Of a stretch of 62,812 bases of DNA, positions 45,680 through 56,366 are shown piece after piece (the first letter of the stretch is position 1; each line of letters opens with the position of its first letter). Origin of the DNA: a virus; the IMG/VR virus record IMGVR_UViG_3300019458_000022; one strand, given 5' to 3'. Position numbers and translations under genes: made by a program. Under the pieces are notes generated by a model, which ran no database searches, was not told the origin of the DNA, and was given only the letters and a program-made list of their open reading frames with translations.

Positions 45680-46177
45680 TCAGCCAGCAAAATAGAAGCC
45701 CAGACGAAGCGTATCCGGGCTCGTCCGAAGCTGCTCGATGTACTTCAGGATCTCGGTGAGCCGACGCTTGGAGTCGTCGGGTTTTCCGGGCTCGAAGGTC
45801 GGGACCAGGATGTAGCGGTGCCCGAAACCGTCCTGTTCAGCCTGGAGCTTGAATGCGGGCTCGTTGTCGATCAGGACGTCGCCGTTCACGCGGTATATGT
45901 TCTTGAAAAAGCGGGGATAACCGCGCGCCCGGTCGATCGCCGGAAGCGTGTCGTCGGTGTAGATCTCCCGGAAGAAGGACATGAGGGCCGGAAAGTGCCC
46001 ACGTACCGTCCGCACCCAGGCCGCGTTCGCGGCCGTCCATAGGACCAGGCGATGGCCCCGGCGCGAGAGTTTTTCCAGGAACTCATGGATGCCCGGCCGC
46101 GGACGGACGTAGACCTCCCCATTCGGGGCCAGGCGTTCCCCGATCAGCGTCCCGTCCAGGTCGCAGACGATCCTCAT
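45680..46177 (-). CDS. HAD-superfamily (FCP1/NIF-like) phosphatase
   Basis: DLDGTLI...RPG...LWTAA...K...LIDN. Confidence 0.85.
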   Translation of the reverse strand: MRIVCDLDGTLIGERLAPNGEVYVRPRPGIHEFLEKLSRRGHRLVLWTAANAAWVRTVRGHFPALMSFFREIYTDDTLPAIDRARGYPRFFKNIYRVNGDVLIDNEPAFKLQAEQDGFGHRYILVPTFEPGKPDDSKRRLTEILKYIEQLRTSPDTLRLGFYFAG

Positions 46178-47067
46178 TTAGACGGCACCAGCACTTTCGT
46201 GAGGACCCACGCCAGACCGAGCGATCCGGCGACGATGCCCGCGGGGACCGCATAGGGCTTAATGGTTTCCCAGACCTGGGCGACCGCGCCTCCGATCTCC
46301 TCGCCGCGGATGATCGCGAGGTATTTGGCGGTTCCGACCCGGCCCCCGATCCCCGGATACCGCGCGTTGATCCGGGCGGTCGTGTCGGCGACCCGGTGGC
46401 GAGCGAGCGGATGGGACCGCAGGTAGTATTCGATCCCGCTCGGCTCTTTCCCCTTTTCCATCGACTGGAACTTCCCCATGACGCCGACGATGCCGTGCGG
46501 GTCGTACCCGGCGCGGGCCGAAAGATCGACGCCGTCCTCGTCGGCTTCGGATTCGTGGCCGCGGGAGAACCCGTTCACGGCCAGGTTGAAGCCGAGGTCC
46601 GTCGCCTTGGTGAGCGTCTCCTGGTTTTCGGCGCTCAGGCGCTTCCCGACCAGGGCCTTGGCAAGCTCTGCGAGCGCCGTGAATCCGAGCCGTTCCTCGA
46701 TCGACTTGTTGATGTGGCGCTTGTTGACGTGCCCGACCTCGTGGCCGAGGACGCCCGCCAGTTCCGCCTCGTTCTCAAGGACGTCGAGGATCGCCCGCGT
46801 GACGAAGATCTGCCCGTTGCCGAGCGCGAAGGCGTTCACGACCTTGTCGTCGGCGAGGACCGTGAACTTGTACGGGATGTCCTGGCGCTTGGCTTTGACC
46901 GCGACCGCCTTCCCGACCTCGGTCACGTAGTCATTGACCGATTTCCCGGGATAGACGCCGCCGAACTCCTTCACCATCTCCGGGGCTAGTTGGTCGCCGG
47001 TCGTCTTCGCGATCGGATCGGTAAGGAAGGTCGGAAGGATCTGCCCCAGGCCCGCGTTCGTGTACAT
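46174..47067 (-). CDS. M48 family metallopeptidase with a C-terminal TM helix
   Basis: NAFA.G.GQIFV...LGHEVGH...FSR..E.EAD..G...SHP. Confidence 0.9.
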   Translation of the reverse strand: MYTNAGLGQILPTFLTDPIAKTTGDQLAPEMVKEFGGVYPGKSVNDYVTEVGKAVAVKAKRQDIPYKFTVLADDKVVNAFALGNGQIFVTRAILDVLENEAELAGVLGHEVGHVNKRHINKSIEERLGFTALAELAKALVGKRLSAENQETLTKATDLGFNLAVNGFSRGHESEADEDGVDLSARAGYDPHGIVGVMGKFQSMEKGKEPSGIEYYLRSHPLARHRVADTTARINARYPGIGGRVGTAKYLAIIRGEEIGGAVAQVWETIKPYAVPAGIVAGSLGLAWVLTKVLVPSK

Positions 47068-47069
47068 GG

Positions 47070-47645
47070 CTAAACCAGCGCCTTCATCAGGGGGTCGGGC
47101 ACCCGGGCCCGTTCGGTGACGATGTTCCAGTCCACGTTTACGAGCACCGCATCGAGATAGGCGCCTTTGTCGATCCCGTAGTCGCTCATGTAGGAATGCT
47201 CGTAGCAGTCGATGACGAGGAGCGGAACCGCGAGGGCAACGAACCCGTGCGCGTGGCTCGACATCGTGAAATCGAAGAGGCGGCCGGTCGCAAGATCCAT
47301 CGCGCGGATCACCCAGCCGGTCGAGGCAAGCGCAGCCTTGTGGAAGCGGTCCTCCCATCGGACGTACATCTCGTCGTCGCCAACGACGTCAAACGGGTCC
47401 CCGGCGCCTCCGGGCGTCAGGTTCTCGAAGTATAGTTCGTGGAGCCGGACCGCGTTCCGGAGCATCCCTTCCTCGGCCAGAAGTCTCCCGTATTCGAAGG
47501 GATCGCCCGGCGGAGCGTCTTGCAGCCGGTGGTGGAGTTCATCCCAACGGTCCAGGTACCTGAGATAGAGGCCGTAATGGGCCTCCAGGAGCTTCTTGGA
47601 AAGCCCCGGAAGGCTCTCGTACGGCAGTTCCATCGGCTGCCACAT
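47070..47645 (-). CDS. Fe/Mn superoxide dismutase family protein
   Basis: HY.LY...LHELYF...LVIDCYEHSY..DYG...YL....NVDW. Confidence 0.85.
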   Translation of the reverse strand: MWQPMELPYESLPGLSKKLLEAHYGLYLRYLDRWDELHHRLQDAPPGDPFEYGRLLAEEGMLRNAVRLHELYFENLTPGGAGDPFDVVGDDEMYVRWEDRFHKAALASTGWVIRAMDLATGRLFDFTMSSHAHGFVALAVPLLVIDCYEHSYMSDYGIDKGAYLDAVLVNVDWNIVTERARVPDPLMKALV

Positions 47646-47658
47646 GGAGAATCCCCGT

Positions 47659-47922
47659 TCAGCGCTTGCTCGGACGGAAGAAGAGCCAGTCCACGAACTC
47701 GATGTCGCTGTCGTGCTCCTTCTGGTAGTTCCTCCAGGTCCGGATCGCCCAGTAGGTCCCCAGGCCGATGCCCCCCAGGATGACGCCGACCAGGATCTTC
47801 TTCTTCATCGTCGGATTGGGAGCCAGGATCTCGGCCGCGTTCGTGAGCGTCTTCGAGACCTCGCCCAATTCCATCTTCCGCAGGAGTTCCGGGGCGATCT
47901 TGAGGAGGTCGTGGTCGTTCAT
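47659..47922 (-). CDS. small membrane protein
   Basis: ILVGVILGGIGLGTYWAI TM segment. Confidence 0.6.
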   Translation of the reverse strand: MNDHDLLKIAPELLRKMELGEVSKTLTNAAEILAPNPTMKKKILVGVILGGIGLGTYWAIRTWRNYQKEHDSDIEFVDWLFFRPSKR

Positions 47923-48257
47923 ACGCTGCCGAGGAGCTTTTCGCTCCACCCCACGAGGAACCGCCCCAGGATCTCGGTCGCCGTGACCACGCGCGCCTCG
48001 ACTTCAAGCGCGGCCTGGTAGTTCAAGCGCTTGTAGCGCCCCTTCACCTGGGCGACCAGTTCCTTCAGGTTCTCCAGGTGCTCTTCGCGCTCGTCCTCGG
48101 GCGCGTTCACGGACTTCCACTTCTCCTTCGCGTAGTCCTCGGCGACCGCCTTCAGGAAGTCGGCGATCGGCCCGGCGTTGGTGTCGGCCAGGTTCTTGAG
48201 GCCGTCCTTGAAGGTCCCGAGGATCTCGTCCTTGAGCGCTGCCCAGGGTTCTGACAT
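47919..48257 (-). CDS. hypothetical helical protein
   Basis: SD GGAGG; coupled to the next gene. Confidence 0.65.
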   Translation of the reverse strand: MSEPWAALKDEILGTFKDGLKNLADTNAGPIADFLKAVAEDYAKEKWKSVNAPEDEREEHLENLKELVAQVKGRYKRLNYQAALEVEARVVTATEILGRFLVGWSEKLLGSV

Positions 48258-48260
48258 CGG

Positions 48261-48683
48261 CTAATCCTCCACCGCTTTCTTGCCGTCCGCCACGAACGCG
48301 GCCCACTCGTCCGCTGTCCTCGTCCGGATCTTCTTGGTGTCGTCCTTGAGCGAGGATGCGGCCACGTACGCCTTGTACTTCGGGATGATCTCCCCGGTAT
48401 AGGCGACCATCTTCCGGACGAACTCCTTGTGGTCGGCGTCCTTCCCGCGGGCGATGTCGGCCTGACAGTCGTCGGCGGTCTTCTTGAGCTTGTCTCGGGC
48501 GGCAGCGTCGTTCTTGAGCGCGGGATCGTCGTCCAGGAACTTCCGGTACTTCGGGAGGATCTGCTCCGCGTAGATCTCCATCCCCTCGACGAACTCCTTG
48601 TGCCGGAACTCCTTGACCGTCCGGCAGGAGGTCGCCAGAAGCGCGAAAACGAGGAAAACGGAGGTTCCGAGACGCTGCCTCAT
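48261..48683 (-). CDS. putative lipoprotein with an internal repeat
   Basis: Lipobox-like LATSC; HKEFV...I.PKY occurs twice. Confidence 0.65.
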   Translation of the reverse strand: MRQRLGTSVFLVFALLATSCRTVKEFRHKEFVEGMEIYAEQILPKYRKFLDDDPALKNDAAARDKLKKTADDCQADIARGKDADHKEFVRKMVAYTGEIIPKYKAYVAASSLKDDTKKIRTRTADEWAAFVADGKKAVED

Positions 48684-48830
48684 CGGCTCTCTCCTTCGAT
48701 CGCCGCAACCTACAAAAAAAGACGCCTCCTCCGGGCAGAGCGAGAGCGTCCGCGCCAACCCCTATCTTCTCTTCGCCTCTATCATAGGCGATGGGGAAGA
48801 CCGGCGGCAAGCGTTTTCGCAAGGCGGGGT

Positions 48831-49694
48831 CTATAGAGCGGCCGTGAGCACCGTTTGGGCCCGATGGACCGAAAGGTGCCGTTCCAGGCATGCCGTCCGG
48901 GCTGCGTCGCCGATCGCGGCGGCCTTCTCGGGGTGTTCGAGCAGGCTGACGAGGGCCGCCTCGAAATCGGCCGTAGAGCCCCAGAAAACGGCTTCTTCGC
49001 CGTCCCGGAAGTTGTCCGGGATCAGGATCGGGAGCCGCTGCGAAAGGAGCGCGCAGCCGAAATAAGCGGTCTCCCAGTACCGGTAGGTGTCGTACCCGGC
49101 CCCCGGGACGGAGACGCCGACCAGGGACGCGGCCAGGGCCGCGTTATAGTCCTCCTTGGGGATGCCGGATTGACTCACCTTGAAGCCCCTGTGAGTCAGG
49201 ATCTTGGCGACCTCGGCCCGCATGGGATGGCGGTGATGGAGGCCGCGGAAATAGACGCCGCGCCGCGGTTTGATCTCCGGAGGAAGCGCCTCCGGGATCG
49301 CGCCGAAGGGCAGCGGGCACACGTTCATCCGGTATTTCCGATCGGCCAAGTATTCGCGCTTGAAGTAGACGTGCGCGATCTCGCGGTAGGGTTCCTTGAT
49401 TTGGTCATCGTCGTCTCCATCCAGGACCACGAACCGTCCCCGGGTTTTCTTGATCCATGATTCGGCCAGTTCCATCGTCCCTCGAACCGACGCGACGAGG
49501 ATGTCCGCCTCCTCGATCGGGAACTCATTTGGCCCCTCGAATCCGATGAAGAGTTGCCGGGTCGTCAGGTCCCGGACCGGCGGGATCGAATAGGCCAGGT
49601 GGAGATTGGACCGGCCGAGCATCCGGACGAGCCCATCGGTGACGATGTCCACGAGGTAATCCGGGCTCGAACGGGAGTAGACGGCGATCCTCAT
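48831..49694 (-). CDS. glycosyltransferase (GT-B; exostosin/CgeB-like)
   Basis: YFKRE...Y...L..S...VSVPGAGYDTYRYWE...AAAIG.AAR. Confidence 0.75.
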   Translation of the reverse strand: MRIAVYSRSSPDYLVDIVTDGLVRMLGRSNLHLAYSIPPVRDLTTRQLFIGFEGPNEFPIEEADILVASVRGTMELAESWIKKTRGRFVVLDGDDDDQIKEPYREIAHVYFKREYLADRKYRMNVCPLPFGAIPEALPPEIKPRRGVYFRGLHHRHPMRAEVAKILTHRGFKVSQSGIPKEDYNAALAASLVGVSVPGAGYDTYRYWETAYFGCALLSQRLPILIPDNFRDGEEAVFWGSTADFEAALVSLLEHPEKAAAIGDAARTACLERHLSVHRAQTVLTAAL

Positions 49695-50133
49695 GGGCTT
49701 GCGTCCCTTCCGCAGGGACACCAGACGGGGTTCTCGCAGGGCCCGTCATGATAGGAGCATGACCCGGGATGAAAGAAGTGGCGTCCCTCGGGCTTGCCGG
49801 TCCCGCAGCCCCGGGGACAGTAGAGGTCTCCGAAGCACTTTGGGCAGATGACACCCTGGAACGGCCCCTTCCAGCCGCACGACTCGCAGGATGCCTCGGT
49901 CACTTCCTCCGCCACAGGAACTCCGCCAAGCGGTCGGTCTCCTTTCGAGTGAGGGATATCGAGAGGATCTTTCCTCGCGCATCGACAAACCTGAGACTGA
50001 GCGCTCCGTCGAGATCAGTGCGCCAAAGGGGTTCGATTCCTACGCGGACGGGTGCCTGCCCTGGTTTTCCAAGCTCCTCATCCGTTTCATGCCAATCGTG
50101 AATGTTCGCCATTCCGAATTCCTCGCGAAGGGA

Positions 50134-50535
50134 TTAGGCCAGCACCCAGACCACGGGCACCCTGAAGGATGGCCCGAATCGTTGCCAGTACCAGTGGAAT
50201 CGGTGATATCCATCCTCGATCACGTAGATCTTCCCGAAGTCATCCTCCTCGTAGGGGCCTCCGACCGGCCCCTTCAGGATGAGAGCCAAGACCGAATCCG
50301 GATCTGTCCTGGTCCAGTCGGGCTTCCGGTGGCTCCGGACAAACCACCGGTGGTAATCCTCGAAAGACTTGAAGTCGGCCCGCATGTCCGGGGACGTCCG
50401 CCACATCTCCTGGGCAACGGACGCGAGCGGGACCTCCGCATATCCCCATTGGAGGCGTCTGGGATCGGTGCCCCCGCTCCGGAAGTACTCCCAGAGGGCA
50501 GATCTTGCGGGACTGGGCAGTTTACCGTACTTCAT
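50134..50535 (-). CDS. ParB/Srx-like domain protein
   Basis: IEDGYHRF. Confidence 0.55.
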   Translation of the reverse strand: MKYGKLPSPARSALWEYFRSGGTDPRRLQWGYAEVPLASVAQEMWRTSPDMRADFKSFEDYHRWFVRSHRKPDWTRTDPDSVLALILKGPVGGPYEEDDFGKIYVIEDGYHRFHWYWQRFGPSFRVPVVWVLA

Positions 50536-51026
50536 CAGGCTCGTTCGGCCTTCGCTCGTCCGCTTTCCCAGACCGAGATGACTAGGCGCACGGTCTCCTC
50601 GAACGACAGCGCGCCGCGGTTCTCGCGCCACCACGCCTTTGGGCCACGGGTATGGCGCCCACCGATGCGGCTGCACACCCATCGAAGATCCCGTTCGGTG
50701 GGGATGACGCATTCGACCTTGGAGGATCGACCGTAATCCTTGACGGGAGCCTTCCGCTTGGATCTCGCGAGGGAGCCGCAGGATTCCACGGTACACGGCG
50801 CATTGGGCCCGTATTGTGTTGCCTCAGGTGGCGCATGTCCGTGGCGCATCCACCAGAGGCTCCTAAAGCGCTCGTTTTTGCGTTTTCGGACGCGCTGGGT
50901 GCATCGTTCGCATCGTACGAAGAGGCCCAAGCCCTTTGATCGCCGGTCCACGTAGTCCCGGCTGATCGCGGCTCCGCAGCCAAAACATCTTGGCGGAACG
51001 AGCCTGCCCTTGGATTTCGTGGTCAT
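50535..51026 (-). CDS. basic Cys-rich hypothetical protein
   Basis: Several CxxC pairs. Confidence 0.5.
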   Translation of the reverse strand: MTTKSKGRLVPPRCFGCGAAISRDYVDRRSKGLGLFVRCERCTQRVRKRKNERFRSLWWMRHGHAPPEATQYGPNAPCTVESCGSLARSKRKAPVKDYGRSSKVECVIPTERDLRWVCSRIGGRHTRGPKAWWRENRGALSFEETVRLVISVWESGRAKAERA

Positions 51027-51541
51027 AACGCCTGTCGCTAATCAAGAAGTTGGAGGTCTATCCTCTCACCGGCGGGAAGAGGCTCGCTCGACCAGGGCCA
51101 TGAGAGCCGTACCCGCTTCCCAGTCATGGATTGTGCGGCTTCTTCTCCACCCGGCCACGCATCGACGACGATGTGGACTTCCCCTCCACCGTCCTCCTGG
51201 ATTCGGACCGATCGCGTCGAACGTGGCGCAAAGGCCGGACCGGTCCAGAAGACGCCAGCGACCCGGCCGTTGAAGACGACGACCCTATTCCCTACCTGGC
51301 TTTCACGATGATCCGTCATCGGGAACCTCCTTGGCGCTCAGCTATCGGATGTCCGTATGCCGCACGCTTTCAAGGTACCCGGCCTCGGATTGGACGTTCA
51401 CGTAGACGCCCTCCTTCCGCACGATCGGGTCCCCTACAACGAAGCCGCGCACCCATTCACCTGGTCCGATCCGGACCTCAACTTCATCTCGGTTCCCGAG
51501 CGTGGCAGCATATCGTCTTTCCATACCGAGTACTCCTTGTC

Positions 51542-51817
51542 TCAGGCGACTTCTTCACCCTCGCTTTCCGTGTCGAAGTATGTCTCGTCGATCGAATCAA
51601 GGGCGGTCTTCAACTCCTCCTCAAGATGCTCGATCGCCTCCGTCCGGGCCTCCTCGTCCTCGATCGGTCCCCCGGCCTTCTCCTCCATGTTCCGGAAGGC
51701 ACGGCGCGCGAAAAACTTGAAGAGCACGTTGAACGCCCGTTCGCGCCCAAGGGCCTTGAATCCGACCGCGTAGGTCTCGGTCAGGCTCTTCGCGAAACCG
51801 TTGACGTCCATCTTCAT
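51542..51817 (-). CDS. hypothetical protein
   Basis: Coupled ORF. Confidence 0.6.
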   Translation of the reverse strand: MKMDVNGFAKSLTETYAVGFKALGRERAFNVLFKFFARRAFRNMEEKAGGPIEDEEARTEAIEHLEEELKTALDSIDETYFDTESEGEEVA

Positions 51818-52063
51818 CTCCGAAGGATCTCGCGCATCGACCGGACATTATCCGCGTCTTCGAGGGGCAGTGGTAGCACGGCGCGGTTTCCGGTGACGAC
51901 CGCGCCGTGCTCGTGGATCGAAACCCTGAGTTCCCTGCATCCGGCCTTGACGAGAGACCCGATGGCGCTTCTCACGTCGTCCAGGAAGCGCGGGAGCTTC
52001 GTATCACCCACGATCTGGACGGAGACGTCTACGTGATCCGTGCCGATGCCGTAGCCCATGGCG

Positions 52064-52771
52064 CTACCGATTGACGACCTTTCTCCGCTCCTTGGCGCCG
52101 GGGAGCACCCGGAATCCCTTCCGGGCGACTTTCGGCGGCTGGATGCTCACCGTCGTGCCCTCCTTGACCGCGGACTGGATCATGTCGAGAAGCGCCTTCG
52201 GCTTCATCTCCTTGAGCATGTCGGACGGGATCACCATGGTCGCTGACACCGGGCCCTTCTGCTTCGGACGCGCCCCCTCCAGTTCCTTTTCGGTGGGGGC
52301 GTGCGCGCGCTTCCCGAGGACCCAGTCCTGGACCAGCCTCGGGACGTGCTCCCACTTGACGTCGAGGCCGTAATCGCCCATCGACCCGGCGAGATCGTCG
52401 GTGGGGGTCCAGTTCCGGGGCCAAGGCTGGCAGGAGAGGCGGATCTGGTACTTCGCGGGCTTGTTCTCCGCGTTCTTCCCGACCGCGCGCACACAGACCG
52501 CGGGCGCGCCGAGATCGCCCGGGTCGATCCGGTTCTTCATCTTCTTGGCGATCTTCTTCCGGACGGCCGGAGGAAGCCCCTTCCGCTTCCGGAGATCCAT
52601 CGCCAGATCCTTGGCCCACTTGGGAAGCCGGTCCTTCGCCCACTTCGGGTTCTTGACCGGCATCGGCGCGTCGGACCACTTGATCTGCTCGCCCTCGGCG
52701 TACGCCATGCACTTGTCGTCCTTGCAGCGCCCGGCCCAGAGCGCGCGCTCGGCCACGCACACGTCGCACAT
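52064..52771 (-). CDS. basic hypothetical protein
   Basis: SD AGGAGG; strong GC3 bias. Confidence 0.7.
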   Translation of the reverse strand: MCDVCVAERALWAGRCKDDKCMAYAEGEQIKWSDAPMPVKNPKWAKDRLPKWAKDLAMDLRKRKGLPPAVRKKIAKKMKNRIDPGDLGAPAVCVRAVGKNAENKPAKYQIRLSCQPWPRNWTPTDDLAGSMGDYGLDVKWEHVPRLVQDWVLGKRAHAPTEKELEGARPKQKGPVSATMVIPSDMLKEMKPKALLDMIQSAVKEGTTVSIQPPKVARKGFRVLPGAKERRKVVNR

Positions 52772-53940
52772 AAGCCCTCCTACGCCTGCCTGGCAGGCTT
52801 CGAGATCACCATCTTCCGGGTGTCCCCGACGATCTCCCGGTCGAAGTCCCGGACCACCGGGACCATGAACCTTTTCTTTCAGTTCTCGCAGCGGGCCTTG
52901 AGGCGCACGATCCCGGCCACGTTCTGCCAGAACGTTCCGGAGACACTGAAGAGATGGCCCGCCTTTCCCTGGCAGCTAGGCGATCTCCTCGTCTTCCGGG
53001 ACATCCGGCCCTTCGAGCGGGCCGGTGGCCTCTTCTTCGCCGTAGTCCGCCGCGATTTCCCCACAAAGCTCTCCGATCTCCTCCTTCGACATCGCGATCG
53101 AGACCTTGATTCCCGCCTTGTCCAGCTTCACGACGTTCCCGTGGAGCAGCCTCTTCAACTGCTCGGCATCAAGCTCCACGAGCCTAAGATTCGCTTTATC
53201 GGGCATGCGCCAGTCCCCCTCGGCAATTCTACCCCGGGTTGCTCCTCGCATGGAACTCCGGACGAGGCTTGACCTGACGGTCCGTGAACGTCGGTTCCCT
53301 CTGTCCGCGCTTGACGAACTTTCTCCAGAACGCCTCGCGTTCGCACTGCCTGACGAAGCGGTCGTCCTCCAGGCTGACACGGGTCGGTCCCGGATCATAA
53401 AGGAAGGGATTCGTGCTCGTCCCGGCGTACGCCGGATACCTGAAAGGAGCGAAAACCATCATTTCACCGTCGCTTTCAGGCTACGTCTTCCTTCGGGTCC
53501 TCATCCTCGACATACTCAACGGCCTTCCAGATAATTTCATGAAGCTGCTTCTGGGCGGCTGCGGGATCTCCCTGGCCCTGACCAACGATGTCCCGGATGA
53601 GCATCCGTGGATCGACCCACCGGTTCCACCCGCATCGAGGGCAGCGCGCCTCCGGCTGGTTGTCGTAGAGATAGATCCGCGCGCACCGGACGCACATGAC
53701 CCCGAGTCTGAGCGCCATCTCCGTCAACCTCACCTAATCCGGCCACGCCCTCTCGATCATGACGAGGAGCGACGTCAGTAGATCGGCCACCGCATGGGGA
53801 CTAGGGGCTTGGTACCCGCTGTTTAGGGCCCCGCGGAGGGTCCTGATCGCCTCGACCGCCTTGTCCTTGTCGCCGTCCTCGATCGCCATGACGACGGCTT
53901 GGGCGAGCTTGGTCGGATACGAGTGCCGAATCGCCATTCC

Positions 53941-54420
53941 TTACCCCATGACCACGTCGAGCTTGTCCTCGGTTTCCTTCCAGGCGATCGGGAGGACGCC
54001 GCCCACGTCCCCGAAACCCGGCACGAACTGGGACCGGGTCGTCTCGGTCGTCTCCCCCCAAAGCCCCCGTTCCAGGAGCATCCGGAAGATCTCCACGTAG
54101 TCCTTGCAGGAGGTCTTGAACGGATTCGCCTGCGCGAGGCCGTCGAGAATCCACGATTCGATCTTGACCTTGAACTCGGGGACCGTCCGGGCGGAATTCA
54201 CCGCCATCCAGTTCGGGTCGAGGTCGTACTTCTCCTTGGCGATGTCGGCGTCCTGGATGGCCGGACGGAGCTTGTCGATCTGCCGGGCCGATTCCATCGT
54301 GAGCGCTCGGGCGAGGAGTTCGTCGAAGGCGTTGCCCATGTCGGGCATGCGGTAGCGGCGCTGGAGTTTCGTCAGAAGCGGACGAGACATCCGGACGACG
54401 AACGGAATGCGGACGGACAT
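53941..54420 (-). CDS. hypothetical protein, possible N-terminal ribbon-helix-helix
   Basis: SD GGAGG. Confidence 0.6.
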   Translation of the reverse strand: MSVRIPFVVRMSRPLLTKLQRRYRMPDMGNAFDELLARALTMESARQIDKLRPAIQDADIAKEKYDLDPNWMAVNSARTVPEFKVKIESWILDGLAQANPFKTSCKDYVEIFRMLLERGLWGETTETTRSQFVPGFGDVGGVLPIAWKETEDKLDVVMG

Positions 54421-54449
54421 GTTCCCCGACCCTCCAAAACGCGGTCTAT

Positions 54450-54881
54450 CTATAGAGCCCCAAGTTGACTCTTTTTCGTCCTTGTCGGCCAGAAGTCGAG
54501 AATCGCATAAACCCACGGTCTTTGGGACGGCTCCCATCCCATGGGCACGAAAAACGGCCGCTTTTCCTTCATCCTGTAGATGGCGAAGAGCGTGTCGTAG
54601 TAGGGCGAGGCCGAGAGGAGCCCGTGCCACTGGTGCGGGTACTCCGCCTTCAGGCGCTCGGGCGAGAGCGTCCCTTCGCGCTCGACCTTGAACTCCAGGG
54701 CGAGATGCACGACCGGATGCGGCGCCGGAAAGTCGGTCTCGTCCAGCCGCACGGCCGCGACCGAATCGAACGGCCGGAATCCGCCGTATTTCCCGGTCGG
54801 GATCTTGTAGAACCAGGCCCGCCGCTTGTAGCGGTCGAGGAGGAGATCCCGCCATTTCTCGACGAACTTCTTTTCGAGCAC
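54450..54881 (-). CDS. Holliday-junction resolvase-like PD-(D/E)XK nuclease
   Basis: LEKKF...YKIP......PFD...ALEFK. Confidence 0.65.
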   Translation of the reverse strand: MLEKKFVEKWRDLLLDRYKRRAWFYKIPTGKYGGFRPFDSVAAVRLDETDFPAPHPVVHLALEFKVEREGTLSPERLKAEYPHQWHGLLSASPYYDTLFAIYRMKEKRPFFVPMGWEPSQRPWVYAILDFWPTRTKKSQLGAL

Positions 54882-54895
54882 CCTTTCTCTCCCGG

Positions 54896-55081
54896 CTAAG
54901 CCTCGTCCCGCGTGGCCTCGGCCGCCAGCTTCCTCTTCACGGTCGCGTGCGTCCGGTTGTCCCGGCACCAGCCGCATCCTCCGTGGTTCCGGCAGGACCC
55001 GTCGAAGTCGCGGCTGTCGCGATAGCGGTGCATCCGCTTCCTCGCGTCCTTCGACTTCGGGTATCGCTTGTCGAATCCCAC
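54896..55081 (-). CDS. small phage-type protein (SCRNHGxCxWC)
   Basis: Motif. Confidence 0.6.
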   Translation of the reverse strand: MGFDKRYPKSKDARKRMHRYRDSRDFDGSCRNHGGCGWCRDNRTHATVKRKLAAEATRDEA

Positions 55082-55082
55082 G

Positions 55083-55745
55083 TCAGGACCCGAGCCAGAG
55101 GTCCACGACCCCGTCCTTCTTGATGTAGACGCCCTCGAAGTTGAGGTCGTCGAGCCCGTGGCCCCAGACGCCGTACTTCTCGTGCTCCTTGTAGATCCGC
55201 TCGTACTCCTTCGCGAGCGTCCAGAGGAGGTATCCTGGGCTCATCTCGACGCGCTTGGAAACGGGATGATCCTCGCCGCACGCCTTGCAGGCTTTGGCCT
55301 CGCGGACGAGAGGTTTCACGCAGAGGCGGACGCCGCGATTGAGCGGGTATGTGATGTCCACCCAGAGGGTACGCGGCTCGTAGAGAATCCAGTTCTCCAG
55401 GTGATCCGGGTGCCTGGTCCGCCCGTCAAGGCTGCACGCGAGAACGAGTTGGTCGGCCTGCTCAAGCGTGATCGAGGCCACCGCCTGGACCGGATACCAC
55501 ATACTCCATTTGCCCGAAAGCAACGGCTTCTTCCGTTCCCTCCGGCGCCGAAGGAGGCGCTTCGGAGGCTGAACGTCCGGCATCTCGTCCTTCTGGAGGC
55601 TCTCGATCATGCTTTTCTCGGCGACCGCGACCTCCCTCTGCTTCGGCGCGGGCAGATCCTTCCGAGATACGCTCGTGATCACGTCCCACTCGTGCGCGTG
55701 CGGATTCGGGCCCCTCGAAGGGGGCCAGTTCATGAGCCCAGGCAT
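55083..55745 (-). CDS. hypothetical protein
   Basis: YERIY.E...YGVWGH...DL..E. Confidence 0.65.
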   Translation of the reverse strand: MPGLMNWPPSRGPNPHAHEWDVITSVSRKDLPAPKQREVAVAEKSMIESLQKDEMPDVQPPKRLLRRRRERKKPLLSGKWSMWYPVQAVASITLEQADQLVLACSLDGRTRHPDHLENWILYEPRTLWVDITYPLNRGVRLCVKPLVREAKACKACGEDHPVSKRVEMSPGYLLWTLAKEYERIYKEHEKYGVWGHGLDDLNFEGVYIKKDGVVDLWLGS

Positions 55746-55835
55746 CGTCTCTCTCCTTCTTCGATTATGCAACCTCGATTGTCACTTTTCTACCGTTGCC
55801 AGAGGAACTCTTCCACCCACCGCGTTGTTGAGAAG

Positions 55836-56366
55836 CTACGTCGCACCAATCGTCTGCATGGGAATGGCGTCACAAGCGGGACAAACCGGTCGTATCCCAA
55901 TTGCTCCCAGCCCCATCCCCGCAACCGTCCTTTTCTTGCAGAACCGGCAGACTTCCCCGATCCCGGCGACCCAGGTGTACGCGCGATCGCTCATGATGTC
56001 GCGCGCCCGGACTTCGTCATGCCGTCCTCTCGAAAGCTCCCCCAGGATGACCACATCGTATTCACCGACAGTGAGGGCCGAGAGCGCCTTCCGGATGCGT
56101 TCGAGCGTCCATTCGTCCAGCCGCCAGTACTGGAAGTGGTATTCGTTCGTCACCCGCAAACGAATCCAGTCTCGCCGGAGCACCTCCGAGAGGAGTTCCT
56201 GGCGAAGTTCGGCCTTCGGCTTCTTCTTCGAAACCCCGAAAAACCGCTTGATCTGGGCCGGTGTGAAGCCGAACATCTCCGGATGTTCTCGGACGAACTC
56301 GAAGTGATCCCAGACCTCGATGAGTTCCCCCATCGGGCCGATGAAATATCCTTCCCCGACCGGCAT
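55836..56366 (-). CDS. hypothetical protein
   Basis: GYFI.P.G...H...P..FG...WIR.R. Confidence 0.65.
   Translation of the reverse strand: MPVGEGYFIGPMGELIEVWDHFEFVREHPEMFGFTPAQIKRFFGVSKKKPKAELRQELLSEVLRRDWIRLRVTNEYHFQYWRLDEWTLERIRKALSALTVGEYDVVILGELSRGRHDEVRARDIMSDRAYTWVAGIGEVCRFCKKRTVAGMGLGAIGIRPVCPACDAIPMQTIGAT

Noticed and set aside
53413-53781. NusG-like SLSGYVFLR motif in a plus-strand ORF
   Set aside because: It overlaps coupled minus-strand genes antisense and has no other NusG features.
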